Below the pieces are notes generated by a model that did no database searches, had not been told where the DNA came from, and saw nothing but the letters and a program-made list of their open reading frames with translations. A program made the translations under genes and the position numbers. This document shows positions 51,410 to 64,000 of a stretch of 64,000 nt of DNA, piece by piece (within the stretch, counting starts at the first letter, position 1; each line of letters begins with the position of its first letter). The stretch is taken from assembly GCF_030013205.1 (NCBI RefSeq), contig NZ_CP122648.1, one strand, 5' to 3'. The stretch comes from Escherichia coli. Lineage in GTDB: Bacteria > Pseudomonadota > Gammaproteobacteria > Enterobacterales > Enterobacteriaceae.

Positions 51410-53455
51410 ATGACAACAATGAATCCTTTCCTTGTGCAAAGCACACTGCCGTATCTGGCTCCCCATTTTGATCAAATTGCCAATCATCACTATCGCCCGG
51501 CATTCGATGAGGGAATGCAGCAAAAGCGGGCAGAAATTGCTGCCATCGCGCTTAACCCGCAAACACCTGATTTCAACAATACTATTCTGGCACTGGAACA
51601 AAGCGGAGAATTACTTACCCGCGTTACCAGCGTCTTTTTTGCGATGACTGCGGCGCATACTAATGATGAATTACAGCGTCTTGATGAACAGTTTTCCGCT
51701 GAACTGGCGGAACTGGCTAATGATATCTATCTGAACGGTGAATTATTCGCGCGGGTAGATGCTGTCTGGCAACGCCGTGAATCCCTGGGACTTGATAGTG
51801 AATCCATCCGCCTGGTGGAGGTCATTCATCAACGTTTTGTCCTTGCCGGAGCCAAACTTGCACAAGCTGATAAAGCAAAATTAAAAGTCCTGAATACAGA
51901 AGCTGCGACCCTGACCAGCCAGTTTAACCAGCGGTTACTGGCAGCAAATAAATCCGGCGGTCTGGTTGTGAACGATTTCGCGCAGCTGGCAGGAATGAGT
52001 GAGCAAGAGATTGCGCTGGCGGCAGAGGCGGCTCGCGAGAAAGGTCTGGATAACAAATGGCTGATTCCGTTGCTGAATACCACCCAGCAACCAGCGCTTG
52101 CTGAACTGCGCGATCGCGCGACGCGTGAAAAACTGTTCACTGCGGGCTGGACGCGAGCGGAAAAAAATGATGCCAATGATACCCGCGCTATCATTCAACG
52201 TCTGGTGGAGATCCGCGCGCAGCAGGCGAAACTGCTTGGTTTCCCTCATTATGCCGCATGGAAAATCGCCGATCAGATGGCAAAAACGCCAGAAGCAGCA
52301 CTCAACTTTATGCGGGAAATTGTTCCAGCGGCGCGTCAACGTGCGAGCGATGAATTAGCCTCCATACAGGCGGTTATCGATAAGCAGCAGGGCGGGTTTA
52401 GCGCGCAGCCGTGGGACTGGGCATTTTATGCCGAGCAGGTAAGACGTGAGAAATTCGATCTCGATGAATCGCAGCTCAAGCCATATTTTGAATTAAACAC
52501 GGTGTTGAATGAAGGTGTATTCTGGACCGCGAATCAGCTCTTCGGTATTAAGTTTGTCGAACGTTTTGATATTCCTGTCTACCATCCTGACGTTCGTGTA
52601 TGGGAAATTTTTGATCATAATGGCGTGGGGCTGGCGTTATTTTACGGTGATTTCTTCGCCCGTGATTCAAAAAGCGGCGGTGCATGGATGGGCAATTTTG
52701 TTGAGCAATCAACGCTTAATGAAACGCATCCGGTAATTTATAACGTCTGCAATTATCAGAAACCCGCTGCCGGTGAGCCTGCGTTGTTACTCTGGGATGA
52801 TGTCATAACCTTATTCCATGAATTTGGTCATACGTTGCACGGCCTCTTTGCCCGCCAGCGTTATGCCACACTTTCCGGCACCAACACGCCGCGTGATTTT
52901 GTCGAATTTCCGTCGCAAATCAACGAACACTGGGCAACGCATCCGCAGGTATTCGCTCGCTACGCCCGGCATTATCAGAGCGGGGCAGCAATGCCTGACG
53001 AACTGCAACAGAAAATGCGTAATGCCAGCCTGTTCAATAAAGGGTATGAGATGAGCGAACTGCTTAGCGCCGCACTTCTCGATATGCGCTGGCATTGCCT
53101 GGAAGAAAACGAAGCAATGCAGGATGTCGATGATTTCGAATTGCGGGCGCTGGTGGCAGAAAATATGGATCTTCCCGCTATACCGCCACGCTATCGCAGC
53201 AGTTATTTCGCCCATATTTTTGGTGGCGGATATGCCGCAGGTTATTACGCTTATCTGTGGACGCAAATGTTGGCCGATGATGGTTACCAGTGGTTTGTTG
53301 AGCAGGGCGGATTAACGCGTGAAAATGGGCGGCGTTTTCGCGAGGCGATTCTTTCCAGAGGTAACAGCGAAGATCTGGAACGCCTGTATCGACAATGGCG
53401 CGGTAAGGCACCTCAGATTATGACGATGCTGCAACATCGTGGCTTGAACGTATAA
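51410..53455 (+). CDS. dcp: dipeptidyl carboxypeptidase Dcp (M3 metallopeptidase)
   Basis: ORF 51344..53455; ATG at 51410 (MTTMNPFLVQ); HEFGH zinc motif. Confidence 0.9.
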   Translation: MTTMNPFLVQSTLPYLAPHFDQIANHHYRPAFDEGMQQKRAEIAAIALNPQTPDFNNTILALEQSGELLTRVTSVFFAMTAAHTNDELQRLDEQFSAELAELANDIYLNGELFARVDAVWQRRESLGLDSESIRLVEVIHQRFVLAGAKLAQADKAKLKVLNTEAATLTSQFNQRLLAANKSGGLVVNDFAQLAGMSEQEIALAAEAAREKGLDNKWLIPLLNTTQQPALAELRDRATREKLFTAGWTRAEKNDANDTRAIIQRLVEIRAQQAKLLGFPHYAAWKIADQMAKTPEAALNFMREIVPAARQRASDELASIQAVIDKQQGGFSAQPWDWAFYAEQVRREKFDLDESQLKPYFELNTVLNEGVFWTANQLFGIKFVERFDIPVYHPDVRVWEIFDHNGVGLALFYGDFFARDSKSGGAWMGNFVEQSTLNETHPVIYNVCNYQKPAAGEPALLLWDDVITLFHEFGHTLHGLFARQRYATLSGTNTPRDFVEFPSQINEHWATHPQVFARYARHYQSGAAMPDELQQKMRNASLFNKGYEMSELLSAALLDMRWHCLEENEAMQDVDDFELRALVAENMDLPAIPPRYRSSYFAHIFGGGYAAGYYAYLWTQMLADDGYQWFVEQGGLTRENGRRFREAILSRGNSEDLERLYRQWRGKAPQIMTMLQHRGLNV

Positions 53456-53819
53456 ACACCACCAATGGCTGGCCTGGATTTATCGCCAGACCAGCCTCGT
53501 TATAGCAGTAATTGCAGCAGCTGGGTGAGGGCAAACTTCACCGCTAATGCGAATGCCGTTTCGCAGTCGCCAGCAAAATTACTTTTTTTGTATACCCTTC
53601 CGTTATAATAATTTTCAAATTTATAAATCTGATTGTTCTGAAATATGTTTAAGACTCTTTAATCTTCTTCTTACTTTAGTGAGTTAAATTCTCTTAATAT
53701 TTGACAGCTAGTTGCCTGATTTTAAATGCCTTATAACAATTGGCAGTATTCTTATTTGTCAATTATAAAAATAGCAACCAGACTTAATAAGTCAAACCAA
53801 ACGCAATTAAGGAGTCAGT

Positions 53820-54212
53820 ATGAAATTTCAGGCCATTGTATTAGCAAGTTTTCTTGTCATGCCTTATGCGTTGGCAGATGACCAGGGCGGATTAAAACAG
53901 GATGCAGCGCCACCGCCGCCTCATGCAATAGAAGATGGCTATCGCGGAACCGATGATGCAAAAAAAATGACCGTTGATTTCGCAAAAACCATGCATGATG
54001 GCGCTTCGGTTTCACTACGCGGTAATTTGATTTCTCACAAAGGAGAGGACCGTTACGTTTTTCGCGATAAGAGCGGTGAAATTAATGTTGTTATTCCTGC
54101 GGCAGTCTTTGATGGACGAGAAGTTCAGCCGGACCAGATGATCAACATTAGCGGTAGTCTGGATAAGAAAAGCGCTCCGGCCGTCGTTCGGGTCACTCAT
54201 TTGCAGAAATAA
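53820..54212 (+). CDS. ydeI: BOF (YgiW/YdeI) family periplasmic stress protein YdeI
   Basis: 130-aa ORF with signal peptide [19 protein letters not shown]. Confidence 0.85.
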
Positions 54213-54251
54213 AAATAAATTAGCCTGATGGCCTGAACTACTGGGCCATTA

Positions 54252-54290
54252 GGTTATTGGGTTATTGGGTTATTGGGTTATTGGGTTATG
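54252..54290. repeat. 8-bp microsatellite (GGTTATTG) about 4.75 units
   Basis: aggttattgggttattgggttattgggttattgggttatgc, 40 nt after the ydeI stop, preceded by an atggcc...ggccat hairpin. Confidence 0.85.
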
Positions 54291-54490
54291 CTATTTGTCA
54301 TCCTTTTAATTGCGATAATGCAGGCTTAATTTACAGAATTAAACACTTTTTTATCTGCTGATTTTGTTTCAAATCACAATGTTATCTCAGAGGTGATTCA
54401 TAACTTCGGATTTCTATGAAAATATTGACGTAATTTTGCTTTTCTCTCGTTAGAATAGCGCGCACAAGGAACTGTGAAAAAGGAGTGGCA

Positions 54491-55381
54491 ATGATCAAGA
54501 AGACAACGGAAATTGATGCCATCTTGTTAAATCTCAATAAGGCTATCGATGCCCACTACCAGTGGCTGGTAAGTATGTTTCGCAGCGTAGTCGCGAGAGA
54601 TGCCAGTAAGCCAGAAATAACGGATAACCATTCTTATGGACTGTGCCAGTTTGGTCGGTGGATTGATCATCTGGGACCACTCGATAACGATGAATTACCT
54701 TATGTTCGGCTAATGGATTCTGCCCATCAACATATGCATAACTGTGGTCGGGAATTAATGCTGGCTATTGTTGAAAATCACTGGCAGGACGCGCATTTCG
54801 ACGCCTTTCAGGAAGGGGTGCTTTCTTTTACTGCGGCATTAACCGATTACAAAATTTATTTGCTGACGATCCGTAGCAATATGGATGTTTTGACGGGATT
54901 GCCGGGTCGTCGGGTTCTTGATGAATCCTTTGATCATCAGTTACGCAACGCTGAGCCTCTGAATCTTTATTTAATGTTGTTGGATATTGACCGATTTAAA
55001 TTGGTTAATGATACCTACGGGCATTTAATCGGCGATGTAGTATTACGCACCCTGGCAACTTACTTAGCCAGTTGGACGCGCGATTACGAAACGGTTTATC
55101 GCTACGGTGGCGAAGAATTTATCATTATTGTCAAAGCGGCTAATGATGAAGAAGCATGTCGTGCAGGTATCAGAATTTGCCAGTTAGTCGATAACCATGC
55201 CATCACACATTCTGAAGGGCATATCAACATTACCGTGACAGCAGGTGTGAGTCGCGCATTTCCTGAAGAGCCTCTGGATGTGGTCATTGGAAGAGCGGAC
55301 CGGGCAATGTATGAGGGTAAGCAAACCGGAAGAAATCGCTGTATGTTTATTGACGAACAAAACGTGATTAACCGAGTTTAA
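54491..55381 (+). CDS. dgcZ: zinc-regulated diguanylate cyclase DgcZ (CZB + GGDEF)
   Basis: ORF 54485..55381; RYGGEEF GGDEF-type active site; N-terminal CZB-type His/Cys residues. Confidence 0.9.
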   Translation: MIKKTTEIDAILLNLNKAIDAHYQWLVSMFRSVVARDASKPEITDNHSYGLCQFGRWIDHLGPLDNDELPYVRLMDSAHQHMHNCGRELMLAIVENHWQDAHFDAFQEGVLSFTAALTDYKIYLLTIRSNMDVLTGLPGRRVLDESFDHQLRNAEPLNLYLMLLDIDRFKLVNDTYGHLIGDVVLRTLATYLASWTRDYETVYRYGGEEFIIIVKAANDEEACRAGIRICQLVDNHAITHSEGHINITVTAGVSRAFPEEPLDVVIGRADRAMYEGKQTGRNRCMFIDEQNVINRV

Positions 55382-55429
55382 GCTCCGTTTAACATTCATT
55401 GAGAAAACTGATGCTACTGTGTCAACGAT

Positions 55430-55527
55430 CCGTTATCAGTGCAGGAAAATGCCTGTTAGCGTAAAAGCAAAACACAAATCTATCCATGCAAGCATTCACC
55501 GCCGGTTTACTGGCGGTTTTTTTTCGC
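55430..55527 (+). ncRNA. candidate small RNA ending at an orphan terminator (possibly MgrR)
   Basis: Strong + strand terminator CCGCC-ggtttact-GGCGG-T8 at 55497..55527 with no upstream ORF in the dgcZ-mgtS intergenic region; 5' end not defined. Confidence 0.4.
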
Positions 55528-55599
55528 CGTCATAAAAATCAGGCCCCTTGTACACAGTTGTAACAAGGGGCCGGTTAGGTGAGGGATTATCTCCGTTCA

Positions 55600-55695
55600 T
55601 TAGTCATCCCATTTGTGGCTGAAATACGCGGCCAGAAAACCAGAAAATAAAATTATTCCCAGTACGGCCATAAAAACATTCATATTACCCAGCAT
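55600..55695 (-). CDS. mgtS: small membrane protein MgtS (YneM, 31 aa)
   Basis: Manual translation MLGNMNVFMAVLGIILFSGFLAAYFSHKWDD with GGAGG 7 nt upstream; below the ORF-track cutoff. Confidence 0.8.
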   Translation of the reverse strand: MLGNMNVFMAVLGIILFSGFLAAYFSHKWDD

Positions 55696-55821
55696 TATTT
55701 GCCTCCGTTTATGGTGTGGTGTGTTTCCTCGCTTACCTTAATTTTCATCTCAATGAGAAAGATATTAGCAGAGGTAACCTAAACGAAGGCTGAATTAAAT
55801 TTTTATTGTGTTCGACTTAAA

Positions 55822-57009
55822 TCAACAAAGCGCGGGCTGCCCCCACGGTCTTGCACGAATTCCTTTTAACATAAGCACCCACGCAGCAATGATCACCAAC
55901 GCTAAGATGATAAACAGCGAGAAAGGCGGCAGACTGGTAAGCACTATGCCACTCACTAATGGGTTAATCGCCGCACCAAGCCAGCCTAAAGACTGGGCGG
56001 AAAAATAGCTGGCTTTCATTCCTGGCGGCGCAATATGGTCAATCAACATATACTCGCCCGGCGCATAAATGATTTCACCGACAGTAAATACCGCAGCTGA
56101 CATACCCCACAATAGCAGGCTGTTGCCGGAAAAAATAAAACCAACCAGACCGATGACGAAACAGAGGGTGCCTGCTGTCATCAGCGCGCGGATGTTAGCC
56201 GGGTTAAGGCGGCGGCCCACGGAATATTGCAACGTAACTACCATGGCAGCATTAACCGGAAGAACAACCGCAACCACCTTTTCGGCAAAATCCCCATCAG
56301 CAATCACCATCACATATTGTGAAATGCACGAGGCAAATGCGCCGCTAACAAAGGAAGCCAGAAAACCAGAGCAGGTAAACCACAACAGTGCTTTATCTTG
56401 TAATAAAACTGTCGGCGACCAGGCACTGCCTGTTTCCGTGGCGATGATTTTCTCGCTGCGCTTTACCCAAATTTGAATGAAAAGCATGGGAAACGCGGAA
56501 CAGATAGCTGCCAGCCAGAAGGGCAGATTGATGCTCTGCATCACCAACAACGTGCCGAGCGGCGGACCGATGGTCCAGCCAATGTTTAGCATGGTGTAGT
56601 TGATTGAGAAGATTTTCGTTTTGCTGGTGGAGGAAAGATTGTCGGCAAACCAGGCTTTCAACACGGTAGCAAAAACGGAATAGGCGCAGTTAATAAGGGC
56701 AAAAAAGAGCACCACCAGCGTCACGTTATTCACTAAAGGAATGGCAATAAAACCGCTGGCGAAGGCGGTAATTGCCAGTAACATATAGCGTTTCTTGTCG
56801 AACTTATCCGCCAGGATACCAAAACCGAGGCTAAAAACGACGCCAATAGTGAGCGCAATTGTCATCGCATAACCGATTAGATCGACACTCAGGCTGTACT
56901 GGCGACTCAAGTAAATGGTCATAAACGGCAGCGTAGCGCCGCGTCCGATGGTTAATAACAACGACGAGGCAAGAAGGGCGCTGGTAGAGCGTCGTAGGGA
57001 TAAGTTCAT
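55822..57009 (-). CDS. ydeE: MFS exporter YdeE
   Basis: 395-aa 12-TM ORF MNLSLRRSTSALLASSLLLTIGRGATLPFMTIYL... Confidence 0.9.
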   Translation of the reverse strand: MNLSLRRSTSALLASSLLLTIGRGATLPFMTIYLSRQYSLSVDLIGYAMTIALTIGVVFSLGFGILADKFDKKRYMLLAITAFASGFIAIPLVNNVTLVVLFFALINCAYSVFATVLKAWFADNLSSTSKTKIFSINYTMLNIGWTIGPPLGTLLVMQSINLPFWLAAICSAFPMLFIQIWVKRSEKIIATETGSAWSPTVLLQDKALLWFTCSGFLASFVSGAFASCISQYVMVIADGDFAEKVVAVVLPVNAAMVVTLQYSVGRRLNPANIRALMTAGTLCFVIGLVGFIFSGNSLLLWGMSAAVFTVGEIIYAPGEYMLIDHIAPPGMKASYFSAQSLGWLGAAINPLVSGIVLTSLPPFSLFIILALVIIAAWVLMLKGIRARPWGQPALC

Positions 57010-57203
57010 TTGTCTGTCCGGCAGTGCGTTTCGTTATGTTTTGTTTTAGAGATGTAAAGAAATAGCATGGCAAAAATCCGAAGTATAGCGACTTATTTGC
57101 GCATTAATGCCGTCGTAATCGCCGACTAACGAATCAACTGTTAAAGAAAAGTAAATTCAGCTAAGTTGATTGCTTACAAAAGATGAAATTCAGAGGCGGT
57201 AGA

Positions 57204-58103
57204 ATGTCGCGAAAAGATGGGGTGTTGGCGCTACTGGTAGTGGTCGTATGGGGGCTAAATTTTGTGGTCATCAAAGTGGGGCTTCATAACATGCCACCGC
57301 TGATGTTGGCCGGTTTGCGCTTTATGCTGGTTGCTTTTCCGGCTATCTTTTTTGTCGCACGACCGAAAGTACCACTGAATTTGCTGCTGGGGTATGGATT
57401 AACCATCAGTTTTGCGCAGTTTGCTTTTCTTTTTTGTGCCATTAACTTCGGTATGCCTGCTGGACTGGCTTCGCTGGTGTTACAGGCACAGGCGTTTTTT
57501 ACTATCGTGCTTGGCGTGTTTACTTTTGGTGAGCGACTGCATGGCAAACAATTGGCGGGGATCGCCTTAGCGATTTTTGGCGTACTGGTGTTAATCGAAG
57601 ATAGTCTGAACGGTCAGCATGTGGCGATGTTCGGCTTTATGTTGACCCTGGCGGCAGCATTTAGTTGGGCGTGTGGCAACATCTTCAATAAAAAGATCAT
57701 GTCGCACTCAACGCGTCCGGCGGTGATGTCGCTGGTAATCTGGAGCGCATTAATCCCAATCATTCCCTTCTTTGTTGCCTCGCTGATTCTCGATGGTTCC
57801 GCAACCATGATTCACAGTCTGGTCACTATCGATATGACCACCATCTTGTCTCTGATGTATCTGGCGTTTGTGGCGACAATTGTTGGTTATGGGATCTGGG
57901 GGACGTTACTGGGACGCTATGAAACCTGGCGGGTTGCACCGTTATCGTTACTGGTGCCCGTAGTAGGACTGGCAAGTGCGGCACTATTGTTGGATGAACG
58001 CTTAACGGGTCTACAATTTTTCGGTGCGGTGCTCATTATGACCGGGCTGTATATCAATGTATTTGGCTTGCGGTGGCGTAAAGCGGTAAAGGTTAGAGGC
58101 TAA
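57204..58103 (+). CDS. eamA: cysteine/O-acetylserine exporter EamA (DMT superfamily)
   Basis: ORF 57183..58103; start at MSRKDGVLALLVVVVWGLNFVVIK; two EamA repeats. Confidence 0.9.
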   Translation: MSRKDGVLALLVVVVWGLNFVVIKVGLHNMPPLMLAGLRFMLVAFPAIFFVARPKVPLNLLLGYGLTISFAQFAFLFCAINFGMPAGLASLVLQAQAFFTIVLGVFTFGERLHGKQLAGIALAIFGVLVLIEDSLNGQHVAMFGFMLTLAAAFSWACGNIFNKKIMSHSTRPAVMSLVIWSALIPIIPFFVASLILDGSATMIHSLVTIDMTTILSLMYLAFVATIVGYGIWGTLLGRYETWRVAPLSLLVPVVGLASAALLLDERLTGLQFFGAVLIMTGLYINVFGLRWRKAVKVRG

Positions 58104-58109
58104 ACCATA

Positions 58110-58140
58110 CGCACAGAATGTGATGTCAGCACTCTGTGCG
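58110..58140. terminator. hairpin between convergent eamA and the GntR gene
   Basis: cgcacaga-(15 nt)-tctgtgcg perfect 8-bp stem, flanked by T/A runs. Confidence 0.45.
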
Positions 58141-58147
58141 TCTGCTT

Positions 58148-58846
58148 TTATCGCGGGAAAAAGTACTTTACCTGGAACTCGAAAATATTGCTGTAAAGTA
58201 ACGAATAATCCAGCGGAATAGAGTTACTGTCCACAGCCTGGGTCTGGATTTTAAGTATGGGATCCCGTGGGCTGATCCGTAAAATACTGGCGATTTCTGG
58301 GGTAGGAAAAGTAGGGGAGAAAGTTTCAAAGGTGCCAATGATTTTGATCCCGCATTCGTTCTCAATATACGAAAATTTGGATTTTTGCATATGTGCTACG
58401 GTTAAATCAGGAAAACGTGCCACTGACATCCACGTTTCTTCTAATTGTGCTGCATTATCCTCAATGAATCGCAGTCTCTTTATGTAATAAACCTGCTCAC
58501 CAGTCACTAAATTCAGCTCAGTCGCAATAGGGGGTGAAGCATCCTGCACTTCAAATTTCATAATCTGACTTCCTGCCTCCTTGCCGCTTTTATGCGCAAT
58601 TTCACTGAAGCTGTTCATGTGATCAATGTGTGCAACAAAATTCTTTTTTTGAATATATGTTCCTGAACCATGCTTTCTATGAATAATTCCTTCGCCTTCC
58701 AGCAAGGATAATGCCTTACGCAGGGTATTACGCGAAACATTATAACGAACAGCGAGTTCAGCTTCTGACGGCAACAAATCACCAACATGCCATGAATAGC
58801 CATTGATCTCGGATTTAAGTAAGCGGGCAATCTTTTGAAAAATCAC
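58148..58846 (-). CDS. GntR-family regulator with UTRA effector domain
   Basis: 232-aa ORF; N-terminal HTH (LPSEAELAVRYNVSRNTLRKALSLLEGEGII); divergent from the PTS genes. Confidence 0.8.
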   Translation of the reverse strand: MIFQKIARLLKSEINGYSWHVGDLLPSEAELAVRYNVSRNTLRKALSLLEGEGIIHRKHGSGTYIQKKNFVAHIDHMNSFSEIAHKSGKEAGSQIMKFEVQDASPPIATELNLVTGEQVYYIKRLRFIEDNAAQLEETWMSVARFPDLTVAHMQKSKFSYIENECGIKIIGTFETFSPTFPTPEIASILRISPRDPILKIQTQAVDSNSIPLDYSLLYSNIFEFQVKYFFPR

Positions 58847-59044
58847 TTTTGCACCTTTTAAGAGCCATTGAAAACAAGGAGTTGAGTCCTGATTGGTTTA
58901 TCGTATGGTCGAGTCGTTTAATTATCACCCTGATGTTGAACAACTTTAGTGCTGTATTACTGTGATCAATGTACCAGGACGTATAGCTACTGCGGGATAT
59001 GATATTTACACAATGTAATCTGTTATATACCAGTAAGGGAAAAT

Positions 59045-59356
59045 ATGAAAAAAATATTGTTAGTTTGCGCTGCGGGCATGTCAACCAGTATGCTGGTTAA
59101 ACGTATGATTGATCATGCTAACGCTATTTCACTTGAAGTTAATATTTCCGCATTGGCGATTGCAGAGGCTAAAGGGAAAATTAAAAATAACGAAGTTGAC
59201 GTTGTTTTACTTGGCCCGCAAGTTCGCTTTCAGAAACCAGAGATTGAAGCTGTTGCACAGGGGAAAATGCCTGTAGCTGTTATCGAGATGAAAGACTATG
59301 GCACCATGAACGGACAGGCAGTTCTTGAATTTGCGATGAAACTACTGCAAGAGTAA
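59045..59356 (+). CDS. PTS lactose/cellobiose-family EIIB
   Basis: 103-aa ORF MKKILLVCAAGMSTSMLV with phosphorylatable Cys in the CAAGMSTS loop. Confidence 0.9.
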   Translation: MKKILLVCAAGMSTSMLVKRMIDHANAISLEVNISALAIAEAKGKIKNNEVDVVLLGPQVRFQKPEIEAVAQGKMPVAVIEMKDYGTMNGQAVLEFAMKLLQE

Positions 59357-59470
59357 GAATCTAATATTATTAAACTATTACCTGAACTAACTTTTCACAC
59401 ATCATAAAATGGCTATGGCATACATGCTTTATTGGGATGTATAAATATCCAGAACAACAGGTATAAAAAA

Positions 59471-60793
59471 ATGGGATTAATGACCTCATTCGAACGTGGA
59501 ATGGAACGTTTTCTTGTTCCAGTTGCTATCAAGTTAAACTCACAAAAACATGTTGCAGCGGTGAGAGATGGATTCGTTTTTACGTTTCCAATTATCATGG
59601 CAAGCTCATTAATTATATTAATAAACTTTGCCATATTATCGCCAGACGGCTTTATTGCCGGACTGCTGCATCTGAACAGCGTTTTTCCCAACCTTGAAAA
59701 AGCACAAGCTATTTTTACTCCGGTAATGAATGGCTCTGTAAATATCATGTCAATTATGATTGCTTTCCTGGTCGCCAGAAATATGGCGATTAGCTATGAG
59801 CAAGATGATCTTTTATGCGGATTAACGGCAATAGGCGCATTTTTTATTGTTTATACGCCATATCAGATGATAGATGGGCAAGCATTCCTGACGACCAAAT
59901 ATCTCGGCGCACAGGGGTTGTTTGTTGCTGTTATAGTTGCATTAATCACAAGTGAAATATTTTGTCGCTTAGCTCGAAACCCAAAAATCACCATAACGAT
60001 GCCGGCAGCTGTACCTCCTGCGGTAGCGCGTTCATTTAAAGTTTTATTGCCAATATTTTTTGTCATGGTGTTCTTTTCCGCACTTAATTATTGCCTGACA
60101 CTGATATCCCCGGCAGGATTAAACGATCTTATTTACACATTAATCCAGACGCCGCTCAAACATATGGGAACGAATATCTTTGCGGTAATTATCCTGGGGG
60201 CTGTGGGTAATTTCCTTTGGGTGCTGGGGATCCACGGACCTAATACCACCTCGGCAATTCGAGAAACTGTTTTTTCTGAGGCTAATCTGGAGAATCTCTC
60301 CTGGGCCGCTCAACACGGCACTACCTGGGGCGCGCCATATCCGATTACCTGGACTTCTATTAATGATGCATTCGCCAACTGCGGCGGTTCAGGTATGACG
60401 TTGGGGTTATTGTTGGCTATTTTTATCGCTTCTAAGCGTGCGGAATACCGTGATCTGGCAAAAATGTCGTTTATCCCCGGTATTTTCAATATCAATGAAC
60501 CGGTAATGTTCGGCCTTCCTATTGTACTTAACCCCATCATGATGGTGCCGTTTATTCTGGTTCCCATTGTTAACTGTGCCATTGGTTACTTCTTTGTTTC
60601 GATGGAAATTATTCCACCGGTTGCTTATGCCGTGCCCTGGACTACGCCCGGACCTTTAATTGCTTTCCTCGGAACCGGGGGAAACTGGCTGGCGTTACTG
60701 GTGGGTTTTTTATGTTTAGGTGTGGCGACAATGATCTATTTACCTTTTGTTATTGCCGCCAACAAGGTCAATAACATGACAACTAACGGATAA
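59471..60793 (+). CDS. PTS lactose/cellobiose-family EIIC permease
   Basis: ORF 59432..60793; likely start at ATG 59471 (MGLMTSFERGMERFLVPVAIKL); polytopic membrane protein. Confidence 0.85.
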   Translation: MGLMTSFERGMERFLVPVAIKLNSQKHVAAVRDGFVFTFPIIMASSLIILINFAILSPDGFIAGLLHLNSVFPNLEKAQAIFTPVMNGSVNIMSIMIAFLVARNMAISYEQDDLLCGLTAIGAFFIVYTPYQMIDGQAFLTTKYLGAQGLFVAVIVALITSEIFCRLARNPKITITMPAAVPPAVARSFKVLLPIFFVMVFFSALNYCLTLISPAGLNDLIYTLIQTPLKHMGTNIFAVIILGAVGNFLWVLGIHGPNTTSAIRETVFSEANLENLSWAAQHGTTWGAPYPITWTSINDAFANCGGSGMTLGLLLAIFIASKRAEYRDLAKMSFIPGIFNINEPVMFGLPIVLNPIMMVPFILVPIVNCAIGYFFVSMEIIPPVAYAVPWTTPGPLIAFLGTGGNWLALLVGFLCLGVATMIYLPFVIAANKVNNMTTNG

Positions 60794-60814
60794 TCCCATT
60801 TACACAGGAAGGAG

Positions 60815-61132
60815 ATGTTGATGTTTGCAGATGAAGAACTTGTTATGGAGTTACTGATCAACGCGGGACAGGCACGTTCTGATGCGATGGAAGCCATACG
60901 TTGTGCCGGGCAAAAAGACTGGCAGGGCGCAACTCAGCTAATGGCCAGTTCGGAATTAGCCTGTCTTCAGGCACATAAGATTCAGACCGCGTTAATTAGT
61001 CAGGATGAAGGTTGTGGCAAAATAGAAGTTAATTTAATTCTGGTTCATGCACAGGATCATTTGATGAATGCAATATTATGCCAGGATTTAGCCAGGGAAA
61101 TTATTTCATTAAGAAAAGAGCTCCATGCCTGA
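60815..61132 (+). CDS. PTS lactose/cellobiose-family EIIA
   Basis: 105-aa helical ORF with conserved His (LILVHAQDHLMNA) typical of EIIA-Lac/Cel. Confidence 0.85.
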   Translation: MLMFADEELVMELLINAGQARSDAMEAIRCAGQKDWQGATQLMASSELACLQAHKIQTALISQDEGCGKIEVNLILVHAQDHLMNAILCQDLAREIISLRKELHA

Positions 61133-61184
61133 TTTTTTCCTCCAGTGCGATAGCTGGAGGAAATTATTACACTCTTAAGGATAA

Positions 61185-64000
<2,816 letters not shown>

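Noticed and set aside
53456-53819. Possible remnant of a gene between dcp and ydeI (27-codon minus-strand frame, no start)
   Set aside because: I recall K-12 having ydeJ between these genes but cannot verify it from sequence; the frame here is short, bounded by stops and has no start, so I cannot support a feature call.
54252-54290. CRISPR array at the GGTTATTG repeats
   Set aside because: Units are 8 bp with no spacers; this is a microsatellite, not a CRISPR repeat-spacer array. No CRISPR-like array was seen anywhere in the window.

Overview
This window reads as an Escherichia coli chromosomal segment, in reverse orientation relative to K-12 numbering, with three parts. All gene names are assigned by recognising the ORF translations and their synteny; no database search was run. 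(1) 1-18.9 kb is core genome: asr, ynfM, ynfL, mlc, ynfK, clcB, dmsD, ynfHGFE, ynfD, ynfC, speG, ynfB, ynfA, rspA, rspB. (2) About 19.0-46.5 kb is a ~27.5 kb Qin-like cryptic lambdoid prophage inserted inside ydfJ, flanked by an 11-14 bp direct repeat. It carries int/xis, an intact 823-aa exonuclease, ydfD-dicB-dicF-ydfCBA, dicA/dicC, flxA, relBE-hokD, rem, ydfU, quuQ, three cold-shock paralogues, a lysis cassette, gnsB, ydfO, a lambda-like cos site with Nu1, a truncated terminase large subunit joined to a tail-fibre remnant, tfaQ, pinQ and ydfK. The least explained part is 25.6-29.7 kb downstream of dicC: consecutive short genes each broken by a single in-frame stop codon, a small membrane protein, and an rve-type transposase flanked by inverted 12-bp motifs and a 25-bp tandem repeat. 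(3) 46.5-64 kb is core genome again (ydfJ 3' part, ydfI, ydfZ, ydfH, ydfG, dcp, ydeI, dgcZ, mgtS, ydeE, eamA) followed by a beta-glucoside-type PTS island that K-12 lacks at this position (GntR regulator, EIIB, EIIC, EIIA, sugar porin, GH1 phospho-beta-glucosidase running off the window). No rRNA, tRNA or CRISPR array was seen.
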